NCBI GenBank assembly: GCA_963842525.1
Contig: CAWJGT010000003.1
Span: forward strand, 1,184,001 to 1,248,000
DNA length: 64,000 bases
DNA from: an uncultured Holophagales bacterium
GTDB taxonomy: Bacteria; Acidobacteriota; Thermoanaerobaculia; Multivoradales; UBA5704
Reading direction: 5' to 3'
The notes beneath the pieces are model-generated. The model did not search any database. It was given only the letters and a program-made list of their open reading frames with translations, and had not been told where the DNA came from. Of the stretch, positions 48,162 through 57,086 are shown one piece after another. How positions within the stretch are numbered: the stretch's first letter is position 1; every line of letters starts with the position of its first letter. The position numbers and the translations under genes were made by a program.

Positions 48162-50451
48162 GTGCGCGCCACGGTCCGACCGATTCTCTTCCTCACCTTC
48201 GCGGCCACCGGCTTTTCCGCCCTGACGCTCCAGGTCGTCTGGCAACGCGTGCTGTCGCTGCATGCCGGCATCGACCTGCTGGCGGCGACCACGGTCGTCA
48301 CGGCGTTCATGGCCGGCCTCGGCCTCGGCAGCCTCGCCGGCGGAGCCATCGCGGACCGCCTGGGGGCGAAGCGTTCGTTGCTGGTCTTCGCGCTGTTCGA
48401 ACGCGGCCATCGGCGTGTTCGCCTGGTTCAGCCTCTGGCTCTTCTACGACGTCTACCGCCGGTTCGTGGCGGAGCTCGATTCGGCCGTCGCGATGTTCGC
48501 CTTCCACTTCCTGCTGCTCGTCATCCCGACGACGCTGATGGGCCTGTCGCTGCCGCTGCTCGCGCGCGGTGCCGTTGCCGCCTCCCGCGAGATCGCGCCT
48601 CTGGTCGGCCGGCTGTACGCCGTCAACACGCTCGGTGCCGCGGTCGGCGCGGCAGTGGCCGGTTGGTGGCTGCTCGGGCAGTTTGGATTCATCGCCACCG
48701 TGCGGATCGCCGCTACGCTGAACCTTACCGCCGCGGCAGTGGTCCTGCTGCTGTGGAGAGCCGCTGGAGCGGGCTCGCCGGACACCTCTCGCTCCGAGAG
48801 CTCAGCAGGGTCGACCGACGGGGTCGTCGGGACCCGGGAGCGGTTGTGGCCGTGGTTCCTCATGTACGGCCTCACCGGTGCGGTCGCGATCGGGCTCGAG
48901 GTCGTCTACTTCCGCGTGATCGATGCCATCTGGCGCAACAACTCCTACACGTTTGCGACCGTGCTGGCCATCTACCTGCTGCTGTTCGGTCTGGGCGCGA
49001 GCCTGGGAGCGCGGCGGGCGGGGAGGGTGGAGCGGCCGGATCGGTGGTTCCTGTTGCTCCAGCTCGGGGTCGGCGCGAGCTCGCTGCTGGGCATGCTCGT
49101 TCTCCTGCATCCGCCGCGCGTCCTGGGCATCGAAGAATTCGTCACCCGCTACTACACGAGCGGCGGCTTCATGCACGGTGAGTACGCGATCCGGAGCGCG
49201 GACGACGCCTGGCGGCTGATCTATGCGCACGTCGTCGCGCCGCTGCTGGTGATGGGCGCGCCGGTCCTGCTCATGGGTGCTTCCTTTCCGTTCATCCAGG
49301 CTCTGGTGGCGCGGCGGCTCGACTCGCTCGGCCGGCGCACGGGCACGCTCCTCTTCTCGAATATCTGCGGCAATGTCCTCGGCGGTGCGCTGACCGGTTT
49401 CGTGCTCCTCGACCGGCTCGGCACCGCGGGCACGCTGCAGCTCCTGGCGGGCGTCCTGATCCTGCCCGGCCTGGCGGCGGCCGCGCGGCTCTCGACGCCT
49501 CGCCGGCGCATCGCGGGTGCGCTCGGCGTCGTCGGCCTGATGGGCGCCTGCATGCTCGCTTTTCCATCAAACGAGCGCTTCTGGTCGTTCTTTCACAGCG
49601 TTCCCCACGAGCGATTCGACCTCGCGGAGGACCGTGCCTGTGTGACCAGCCTCGTGGACCAGGGCGAGGAAACCTCCCTTTACATCAACGGCATGTGGCA
49701 GAACGGTCATCCCTACGACTTCTTCCATATCCTGATCGGTGTCCTGCCGTCGCTCATGCACGAGCGCCCGGAGCGCGGATTGGCCGTAGGCCTGGGGATC
49801 GGCTCGACCGCGTATTCGATGGCGCAGGACCCGCGGATCGGGCGCGTCGACTGCGTCGAGATCTGCGGCGGCGAGCAGCGCCTCATCGGGACGTTGGCCG
49901 GCCGCGGATCGATCACGAGCCAGCGTCTGCTGACAGATCCGCGGATTCACCTCGTCACCGCGGACGGCCGCCGCTGGCTCCTCGCGCGGCCGGAGCCGTA
50001 CGACGTGATCGTCGTCGACGTGGTCCGGCCGACCACGGCCTACTCCGGCAATCTCTACTCCCTGGAGTTCTACGAGCTCGTCGCGAGCCGCCTTTCCGAA
50101 GGCGGCCTGTTCGTCCAATGGGTCGCCACCGAGCGCGTCCTCAACAGCATCCGCCGGGTGTTCCCCTACGTCGCGATCGGCAACGTACCCGACTACTTCG
50201 CCTCCCGCTTCATCGTCGCCAGCAACCAGCCCATGCTCCTGGACGGCCCCACGCTGCGAGGGCGGCTCGCGGGCGTAGACTTGGCGTCCTCGTTCAATCC
50301 GCAGCAGGCGCGGCGGCTGGTCGAGTTCTTCGAGAACGAGAAACCCCTCCGGCGCCTGCGGGAGCGGGGCAGGGTGGCTGCGCTGCCGGAAGAGCGCTTC
50401 AACCACGACCTCCACCCGCGGGACGAATACTTTCTCAACAACGCCTGGTAG
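48162..50451 (+). CDS. Fused membrane/spermidine synthase-like SAM-dependent protein, frameshift near 48400
   Basis: QVVWQRVL, FMAGLGLGS, GRLYAVNTLGA, VGLGIGST, ADGRRWL, YDVIVVD, NLYSLEFY. Confidence 0.85.
50237..50332 (+). repeat. Direct repeat copy 1 (3' part of spermidine synthase-like gene)
   Basis: TCCTGGACGGCCCCACGCTGCGAGGGCGGCTCGCGGGC... matches 53904-53999. Confidence 0.8.
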
Positions 50452-50662
50452 CGTTCCCCTGTGAGACCTTGAAGACCCATAGGCCGTGCGCGCGCTCGCG
50501 TTCCTCATGGCTGGCCACGTGAGCCATCACCTGGCCATCCTGGGCGAGAGGTATGGATTGGGGAGTTGAGCGCCGCGCCGACGAGGGGAGGAGATCATCA
50601 CTTGCGAGACCGCTGGTGATATAATCCGTCCTGGGCAAGCAGTATACAGGTGGGGATAAACC

Positions 50663-53197
50663 ATGCGGACCTTCCAAAAAGCCAGCCCTGCCCGGTCGAA
50701 GACGGAATCTGCGCCAGCTCATCACACACATGCCCCTCTGTGCTTGCCGAGTGCTGAAAAACGCGAAGTGGGTTCGTCCGGCGCGGCAGGATCTCGCTTC
50801 GCTCACGATTTCAGCCGGATCCCTCTGCATCATCCTCCCGCACGCGCGACTCAGAAGAAACCAGCCTTCAACAGGGCGGAGGAGGAAGATGAGCAGAAAG
50901 CCGAGGCGCCGGAAGAGGTGGAAGAAACCAGCTCCGACCCCGAGGTGGACGATGCGGCCGACGAGGTGATGCTGATGGCTGAGCCGGTGCCCGGCGGCTC
51001 TGGCTCGATGCCTGAGGTCGCCGATGGCGACGAAGCCCACGAGATCGAGGCTGATCGCGCCGCCGACGAGGTGGTGCGGCGCCTGGACGATCCACGATCC
51101 CGCGCAGACACCCGTGTCCGGCACACGGCGCAGGCCCCTGCTTCGGGCATGTCCGGGCTGAGCGTCGGACGACCCATGTCGTCCGATCTCCGTGGGGGCT
51201 TCGAGCGAGCATTCGGCTGGGACTTCTCAGGAGTGCGGTTGCACACCGGGCCGGCGTCCGCCAACGTCGCCGCTCGCCTCGGTGCCCGCGCGTTCACCCG
51301 CGGCCGTGACGTCGTCTTCGGCAGCAAGGTCTCCGATCCCGAGGCAAGTGGCCACCGCCGGCTCCTGGCGCACGAGCTGACGCACGTTGTCCAGCAGGAG
51401 ATGGGTACGCGTTCGGTCGCATCGCTCCTCTCCTCGGCCCTGTCGCCGGTCTCGTCCCCACGAGCTCAGGCGGCGCCTCTCGTCACCAACGTGGTGACCT
51501 CGGCGGCCGAGCTGGGCGTCGGCGGCGATGCCATCAACGCGACCGCGACCGTCGGCGGCGCCGGCACCCGTCTGACGTGGACCATCAACCCGGGCGGCGC
51601 CGCTCCTGCCGGCGTGACGGTCATCGGCAGTGGCCGTCGCGTGCGCATCCGCGCGGCGCAGCCGGGTGGCGGCGCCGTCGTCGGTGGAACCCCCATTACG
51701 GTCCGCTCCGAGGTAACCGGTACCCCGGGGGATTTTTTCGACGCGCCGCCGGTCACCCTGGTGCAGGTGGTGAGCGCCAACTACACTGCTGCGCCTGCGC
51801 TCGCTGGCGTGCCGTCGCTCGCCCCCGGCGCCCCGCCGCTCAACAGCGCCGAGCCCAACCGCGACGGCATCGCTGGCAACACAGCAGTCGTCGCCGCCGT
51901 CACTGCACCCGCGGGCCGACCCATCACCGTCGCGTTCCGCCGTTCGCTCGGAGCGAGGCTCGCCGGCACGACGATCACCCCCGGCAGGCAAACCGGCGAC
52001 ATCGGCCTGCGCATCATCGACACCGCTACCCGTGCCCGGCTCGACGAAACGCAGCCGGCGACCGCAGGGCCCGCGGCGCTGATGGCGGACCTGACAGTCA
52101 ACGCCGTCCCGACGCGGGTGAGGTCGCTGACCGGCGGCGGCGCCGTCGGTCCTTACGGGGTGCTGAATACGATCAATTTTGCCGCGTCGGACAACTTGCA
52201 CCTGCCGCTTACGCGCATCGTCGGCGAGCTCATCACCGGCGTGCGCGATGACTTCAACATCGCGCCGCCCAATGGCGCCTTCAATCCTGCCTTCCTTCTC
52301 GCGCTCGCGGTTCCCGCAAACACGTGGAATGACCAGCTCGGCACGCCTTCGGGGATCCTCAACACCGCCGATGGCCTCCCAGCCATCGACGTCAACCGTT
52401 TCGTCGGACCAGGCGTCCCGCGCCTGCCGCGGCGGTTGACCTACCGGCAGCGCTTCCAGTACGCCTCGTGGCAGGGCGCCGGCGCCGTGGTCAGCAGAAC
52501 GATCGCCGACGGTCAGCACATCCGCTCGCTGATCGGGTCGCCGGCCGCCTTCCGGTTCAGGACCGAGCATCGCTTCGGCGGTGTCGCCGCGCCGCCGCGC
52601 AACGAGCCCTACGTCGGACCACCGCTCATCGTCCTCTCCAACGTCGTGGCCACCCCGACCGCTGCTGGCGCGACCGGCCTCGCTGCCGACGGCGTCGCCA
52701 CCGCCAACCTCGCGGTGACCTCGGGCGTGGCGGGCCGCACCGTAAACTGGAGCATCCTCAACGGGGACACGTCGATCACCGCTGGCAACCCCGCGGCGCT
52801 GCCGGCGACCGCGACGCTGCAGGCGGGCATCCGCACCGGCAGCTTCCGCGTACGCGCCGCCGACTCGATCTTCCCCAACCGCCGCGTCGACGGGCGCATT
52901 CGGGTCGTGCCGGTACGTCTGCGCAACCTGCGCGCGGCACCGGACCGCGTGCCAGTCGGCACGCTCTCCACCAACGTGACCGTCGATGCCGAGCCGGGTG
53001 GCCGCACTCTGAGCTGGACGGTAGATGCGGTGGCCGCGGCCGCTGGCGTGACCGTCTCACCCGCTGTGACCGGTCCGGGGAACGCGATGAACGTGACGGT
53101 CACCCGCCCGCCGGCGTTCACTGGCCGCGCCACCGTCACCGCGGCCGACTCGGTATTGGCTGCGCGCACGGGAACGGTGCGGATCCGGTTCCTATGA
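50663..53197 (+). CDS. DUF4157 (eCIS-associated) domain protein with beta-rich Ig-like C-terminal region
   Basis: HDFSRI, EIEADRAADEV, FGWDFSGVRLHT, ARAFTRGRDVVFG, LLAHELTHVVQQ. Confidence 0.88.
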   Translation: MRTFQKASPARSKTESAPAHHTHAPLCLPSAEKREVGSSGAAGSRFAHDFSRIPLHHPPARATQKKPAFNRAEEEDEQKAEAPEEVEETSSDPEVDDAADEVMLMAEPVPGGSGSMPEVADGDEAHEIEADRAADEVVRRLDDPRSRADTRVRHTAQAPASGMSGLSVGRPMSSDLRGGFERAFGWDFSGVRLHTGPASANVAARLGARAFTRGRDVVFGSKVSDPEASGHRRLLAHELTHVVQQEMGTRSVASLLSSALSPVSSPRAQAAPLVTNVVTSAAELGVGGDAINATATVGGAGTRLTWTINPGGAAPAGVTVIGSGRRVRIRAAQPGGGAVVGGTPITVRSEVTGTPGDFFDAPPVTLVQVVSANYTAAPALAGVPSLAPGAPPLNSAEPNRDGIAGNTAVVAAVTAPAGRPITVAFRRSLGARLAGTTITPGRQTGDIGLRIIDTATRARLDETQPATAGPAALMADLTVNAVPTRVRSLTGGGAVGPYGVLNTINFAASDNLHLPLTRIVGELITGVRDDFNIAPPNGAFNPAFLLALAVPANTWNDQLGTPSGILNTADGLPAIDVNRFVGPGVPRLPRRLTYRQRFQYASWQGAGAVVSRTIADGQHIRSLIGSPAAFRFRTEHRFGGVAAPPRNEPYVGPPLIVLSNVVATPTAAGATGLAADGVATANLAVTSGVAGRTVNWSILNGDTSITAGNPAALPATATLQAGIRTGSFRVRAADSIFPNRRVDGRIRVVPVRLRNLRAAPDRVPVGTLSTNVTVDAEPGGRTLSWTVDAVAAAAGVTVSPAVTGPGNAMNVTVTRPPAFTGRATVTAADSVLAARTGTVRIRFL

Positions 53198-53895
53198 ATG
53201 TCCGCCCGCCCGAGCTGCATGAAGGGGCTGTGGACCTGGCCGCGGATGATCTCCGCGTGAGCGCCGGTTTTCGAGTCGTCACCGGTGAGCTGCTCGCCGG
53301 TGGGCCGGTCGAGCTGGAGTTTTTCGTCAAGAGTCTCGGGTTGCGCCCGCTTCAACTCGCGGTGAGCGGCGACCGCATGCGCCAGAGGCCTGGGCAATTC
53401 AGCTTCGCGGCAATGTTCGAGGGCTCATCCCTCGCAGACCCGATGGCCGCCTCGCCATACATGGGCGGCCCGTTGGGGGTCGTGCAGGTATCGACCGACA
53501 GGCCCTGGCACCAACCGCTGGTGTTGAACCAGTTCATCCGCCTCGAAGACACACCGGGGCGTCTTGTGCAGGGAGCCGCCGGCCGGCTTGATCTGGCGTG
53601 CCGCCGGCCGCTTTCTCTCGCTGCCACGGACGCTGCCGCGCTGGCGCAGGATGGGGCGCAGGTCGTGGCTGTTGACCTCGCCTTGGATCTGCGTCGCGAC
53701 GACACGGCCTTGGCGGCGTTGGTGGCCCGCCTCTTTGACGAGGTCATGCACGGTCCGCTGGCCTTGCGCGAGCGGCCTCTCGCCTTGCTACTCTCCATGC
53801 GGACGGCAGCGCACGCCCAGATTGATGCCCTGACCCGCCACCCGGATCCGTCCGTGGCAAATCGCGCGCGCCAGGTTTTCGCGATATCCACGTAG
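53194..53895 (+). CDS. Hypothetical protein translationally coupled to the DUF4157 gene
   Basis: ATGA overlap; MNVRPPELHEG; C-terminal HEAT-like HPDPSVANRA. Confidence 0.7.
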   Translation: MNVRPPELHEGAVDLAADDLRVSAGFRVVTGELLAGGPVELEFFVKSLGLRPLQLAVSGDRMRQRPGQFSFAAMFEGSSLADPMAASPYMGGPLGVVQVSTDRPWHQPLVLNQFIRLEDTPGRLVQGAAGRLDLACRRPLSLAATDAAALAQDGAQVVAVDLALDLRRDDTALAALVARLFDEVMHGPLALRERPLALLLSMRTAAHAQIDALTRHPDPSVANRARQVFAIST

Positions 53896-53903
53896 TGCGC
53901 CAA

Positions 53904-54013
53904 TCCTGGATGGCCCCACGCTGCAAGAGCGGCTCGCGGGCATGGACCTGGAGGCCTCGTTCAACCTGCAGCAGGCGCGGCGGCTGGTGAGCTACTTCGC
54001 CGGCCCGCTTTGA
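53904..54013 (+). pseudogene. Direct repeat copy 2: orphan 3' end of the spermidine synthase-like gene
   Basis: Reads LDGPTLQERLAGMDLEASFNLQQARRLVSYFAGPL* vs LDGPTLRGRLAGVDLASSFNPQQARRLVEFF. Confidence 0.75.
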
Positions 54014-54059
54014 GCGCGGAGCGCGCGAAGATCATTCTCTGGGCTGCTGAGGCATCCTC

Positions 54060-54536
54060 TTACGGTTCGGACGTGTCGACGGGGCCGCGCCGCAGGAACC
54101 GCGCGAGCCGAAGCAAGAGGCCCTTCTGGTCGTCCCCGTTCTCCGTGCAGACGAGGACCGTATTCTCCCCTGCGATCGTGCCCACCACCTCGGGCCAATG
54201 CAACAGGTCGATGGCCATGGCCACGATCCGGGCCGTCCCGGACCGCGTCCTGACCAGGGTCTGGTAGGGCCCCGCGGTCTTGAACGCCTCGACGAAGTCG
54301 GTGAACCGCCCCAGGTCCCACTCCTCCGACACCCCGGGCTCGAGGACATAGCGGCCATTGGAGCGGTGGACCCCCAGCTCCCGCAGGTCGCGGCTGATAC
54401 TCGGCTGCGTCGCCTGGACCGACTGCTCCCGCAGCTTCCTCACCAGGTCCGCCTGGCTCCGGATCGGCTTCTTCTCCCGCAGGAGCTGAAGGATCGCCTT
54501 CCGGCGCAGCGCGCGAACCTCTGGATTGCTTGGCAT
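54060..54536 (-). CDS. argR: ArgR-family repressor
   Basis: SQADLV, ATQPSISRDLRELG winged HTH; GTIAGENT oligomerisation motif. Confidence 0.85.
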   Translation of the reverse strand: MPSNPEVRALRRKAILQLLREKKPIRSQADLVRKLREQSVQATQPSISRDLRELGVHRSNGRYVLEPGVSEEWDLGRFTDFVEAFKTAGPYQTLVRTRSGTARIVAMAIDLLHWPEVVGTIAGENTVLVCTENGDDQKGLLLRLARFLRRGPVDTSEP

Positions 54537-54597
54537 GATGATGCTCCTTGTAATGCGAATACTGTAGAATAGAGAACCAAAAACTTCAATCCCCCCC

Positions 54598-54634
54598 TTG
54601 ACAAGCCCCTCCCGGACATGAATACTAATTCACG
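54598..54634 (+). promoter_or_regulatory. Sigma-70 promoter overlapped by an ARG box
   Basis: TTGACA (54598)-N17-AATACT; palindrome TGAAT-ACTA-ATTCA at 54619-54632. Confidence 0.75.
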
Positions 54635-54714
54635 TTGGATTCAGTGGCAACACCCCGGAGCCGATCCAGGCGCCGGATATTCGAGCCCGGCAAGGGCTCC
54701 TGAGAGGAGAAGCG

Positions 54715-55113
54715 ATGTCGAAGGAAACCACGTACGCGGGGCTGTTGGGGGACTGGCGGCGGATCCTGACCGCCATTATTGCCAACCTCGGCCAGCTTCC
54801 GGACCTGCAGGGATTCGTCAACCGGCTCGAGGCGCTGCTGAACCGGGGGTACGATCTCACCCGGCAGCAGGCGGCGTACACCGCCGGCAAGCAGGAGACC
54901 TCCAAGCAGCTCAAAGAGGTGATGAAGGAGGGCGACCGGCTGGCGACCGTGCTGCGGAAGTCGTTGCAGTCGCACTACGGTCCCGACGCGGAGAAGCTCG
55001 CCGAGTTCGGCCTGCAGCCGTTCCGCGGCCGCAAGCCGAAGGAGGAGCCGAAGCCCGCGAATCCGCCCGCGCCTGAGGCCACCGCGCCGCCTGCCAACGA
55101 AGCCACCCGCTAA
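54715..55113 (+). CDS. Small alpha-helical hypothetical protein
   Basis: GAGGA RBS; 132 aa, helical with LAEFGLQPF motif and Pro-rich tail. Confidence 0.8.
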   Translation: MSKETTYAGLLGDWRRILTAIIANLGQLPDLQGFVNRLEALLNRGYDLTRQQAAYTAGKQETSKQLKEVMKEGDRLATVLRKSLQSHYGPDAEKLAEFGLQPFRGRKPKEEPKPANPPAPEATAPPANEATR

Positions 55114-55125
55114 CCACCACACCCC

Positions 55126-55162
55126 GGGGGGACGTGCCCGCGCACGTCCCCCCGCCCTTTCC
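55126..55162 (+). terminator. Intrinsic terminator-like hairpin
   Basis: GGGGGGACGTG-loop-CACGTCCCCCC followed by a pyrimidine tract. Confidence 0.55.
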
Positions 55163-55194
55163 TCCGCCCCGCCCTCCCTGAAGCGCGTTCCACG

Positions 55195-55620
55195 GAGTTT
55201 TCCAACCGCGTGAGGAGTTTGCCAACGGCTCGCCGCGTTTTCCGACGGGCTGCCGGAAACTCCGGCTCGCCGTCGGAAAAAAGAAACGCGCTGCCGCCTT
55301 TTCCGACAGTCTGCCGCGTTTTCCGGCGCGCCGCCGGAAAATTAAAACGGCCTGCCGCGTTTTCCAACGCTCTGCCGGAAACTCCGGCGCGCCGTCGGAA
55401 AAGAGAAACGCGCCGTCGCGTTTTCCGACGCTTTGCCGCGTTCTCCAACAGCCTGCCGGAAACTCCGGCGGGTCGTCGGAAAACAAAAACGCGCCGCCGC
55501 GATTTCCAACGGCCCGCCGCTTTTTCCGGCGCGCCGTCGGAGATTCCGGCAGGCCGTCGGAAAATCAAAACGGGCTGCCGCGTTTTCCAACGGGCCGCCG
55601 GAAATTCCAACGGGCCGTCT
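55195..55620. repeat. Degenerate 20/21-bp tandem repeat array (~20 units)
   Basis: Units such as TGCCGCGTTTTCCAACGCTC, TGCCGGAAACTCCGGCGCGC, CGTCGGAAAAGAGAAACGCGC. Confidence 0.8.
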
Positions 55621-55732
55621 TCGCGAGAGCCACCCGCGACAGCGGGACCCGCCCCCCTCTGAAAGGCCCGGCAACTTGGCTCCGCAAGCTCCGGGGGAGG
55701 AGCGTTCTGAGCCCATCGACAACCTGTAGCCT

Positions 55733-55800
55733 TAGGGGGTGTCTCGAAAGTTCTGCTGCCGGCGTCGCCGGGAAACCTCACCCCCGGTCACTCCCCCTTC
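55733..55800. mobile_element. Partial second copy of the MITE end
   Basis: TAGGGGGTGTCTCGAAAG followed by CCTCACCCCCGG, resembling 1192-1250. Confidence 0.4.
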
Positions 55801-55990
55801 AACACCGCTGGCGCCGTGAGGGCAGTGTCCGGAGCGCTCTCAGCCCTCGGGCTCAGTCATCCCGCTCCAGGCCCGACCCACGCCGAAGCGTGCCGTCTGG
55901 GGAGCCGGCTCTTCTCGCCGTAGAAGAGAATTTGCGCCCATCGGTGACCTCGGGCTAGCTCGAAGCACCCAGAAGGAGTAGAATGGGCGC

Positions 55991-56476
55991 ATGCGCCCGA
56001 CGGTCTACATCGAGACAAGCATCATAAGCTACTTGGCGGCGTATCCAAGTCGGGATCTTATTACCGCTGCACACCAGCAGATTGCGCATACATGGTGGCA
56101 GGTACGCCGTCCGGAGTTTTCGATCTTTGTGTCGCAGGTTGTGCTGGACGAGTCAGCGGCAGGTGATCCCCAGATGGCGAGCAAGCGCATCGAGATCTTG
56201 ACCAATGTACCTCTGTTGGAGGTTACTCCAGAGGTGGCCGAATTGGCAGCAACGCTCATCATGAGGCTACCCCTACCTCCGCGTGCGGGAGCCGACGCGG
56301 CGCATATCGCCGTGGCAGCGTACCACGGCATGAACTTTTTGCTGACTTGGAACTGCACGCATATCGCGAATGCGGTTCTACGGCCAAAAATTGAGAAAAT
56401 CTGTAGAGAGCAAGGATACTCAGCTCCGGTGCTGTGCACACCGGAAGAACTTGTAGGAGATGCAGACAATGGCTAA
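55991..56476 (+). CDS. PIN-domain (VapC-like) toxin
   Basis: VYIETSIIS, VLDES, DAAHIAVA, LLTWNCTHIAN. Confidence 0.87.
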   Translation: MRPTVYIETSIISYLAAYPSRDLITAAHQQIAHTWWQVRRPEFSIFVSQVVLDESAAGDPQMASKRIEILTNVPLLEVTPEVAELAATLIMRLPLPPRAGADAAHIAVAAYHGMNFLLTWNCTHIANAVLRPKIEKICREQGYSAPVLCTPEELVGDADNG

Positions 56477-56678
56477 AGACCATTCTCCTGTTGAGGTATG
56501 GCACGATCCGATCGTGGCCGGGGTGCGGCAGGCCCGAGAGGCGCTTTTTGCCGCCGCAAACTACGACATTCACGAATTTTGCCGGCGTCTCTCAGACAGG
56601 CAATCGACCTCCGGCCATGCTGTCGTGAAGCGTGGCAGCACTTCCATTGAAAACTCTTTGGGGGAGACGCTCGGCTAA
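56469..56678 (+). CDS. Small putative antitoxin
   Basis: HDPIVAGVRQAREALFAAANYD; overlaps toxin end; its stop lies within the attC core. Confidence 0.7.
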   Translation: MAKDHSPVEVWHDPIVAGVRQAREALFAAANYDIHEFCRRLSDRQSTSGHAVVKRGSTSIENSLGETLG

Positions 56679-56735
56679 CACGGCTGTTGCAGCGGATGGC
56701 TTCGCCACCGCTGAACAGCAAATCCGTGTTAGGGC
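56673..56735 (+). mobile_element. attC site
   Basis: GGCTAAC ACGG CTGTT G CAGCGG A TGGC TTC GCCA CCGCTG AACAG CAAAT CCGT GTTAGGG: R''/R' cores, L boxes and extrahelical bases. Confidence 0.8.
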
Positions 56736-57086
56736 CCCTATCCCGATTAGGCGGCGGCCGATGACGATTAGACCGACTCTCGCCCTGACATAGGTGCACT
56801 AAAGAAATGTTACCCTTTCTTACGAGATTCAAGGTAGCACGGCTCACCGCGGCGCTTAAGAGTTCGCGTCAGGAGAATCACAAGAACTTCGGTTCAGAGG
56901 AGACAAACGAGAGGAACAACACGGCACGTCCCTGATACGTCTATATCGAAGATTCTGGTGCGTGAGAACCGTGATAGTTGCGTCGACAGTCGTGCCGATT
57001 TTGCACCAGGCTCTATCGCTTTGGTGTTGATAGACATGAGCGTAGTATCCCAGAAAGCTTCGATACATCGGAGATGCGGACAGGCC

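Noticed and set aside
55195-55620. Possible CRISPR array
   Set aside because: Contiguous degenerate units with no unique spacers and no cas genes.
55110-55781. Arg-rich ORFs over the repeat array
   Set aside because: Products of stop-poor repeats; 20/21-bp units do not keep frame.
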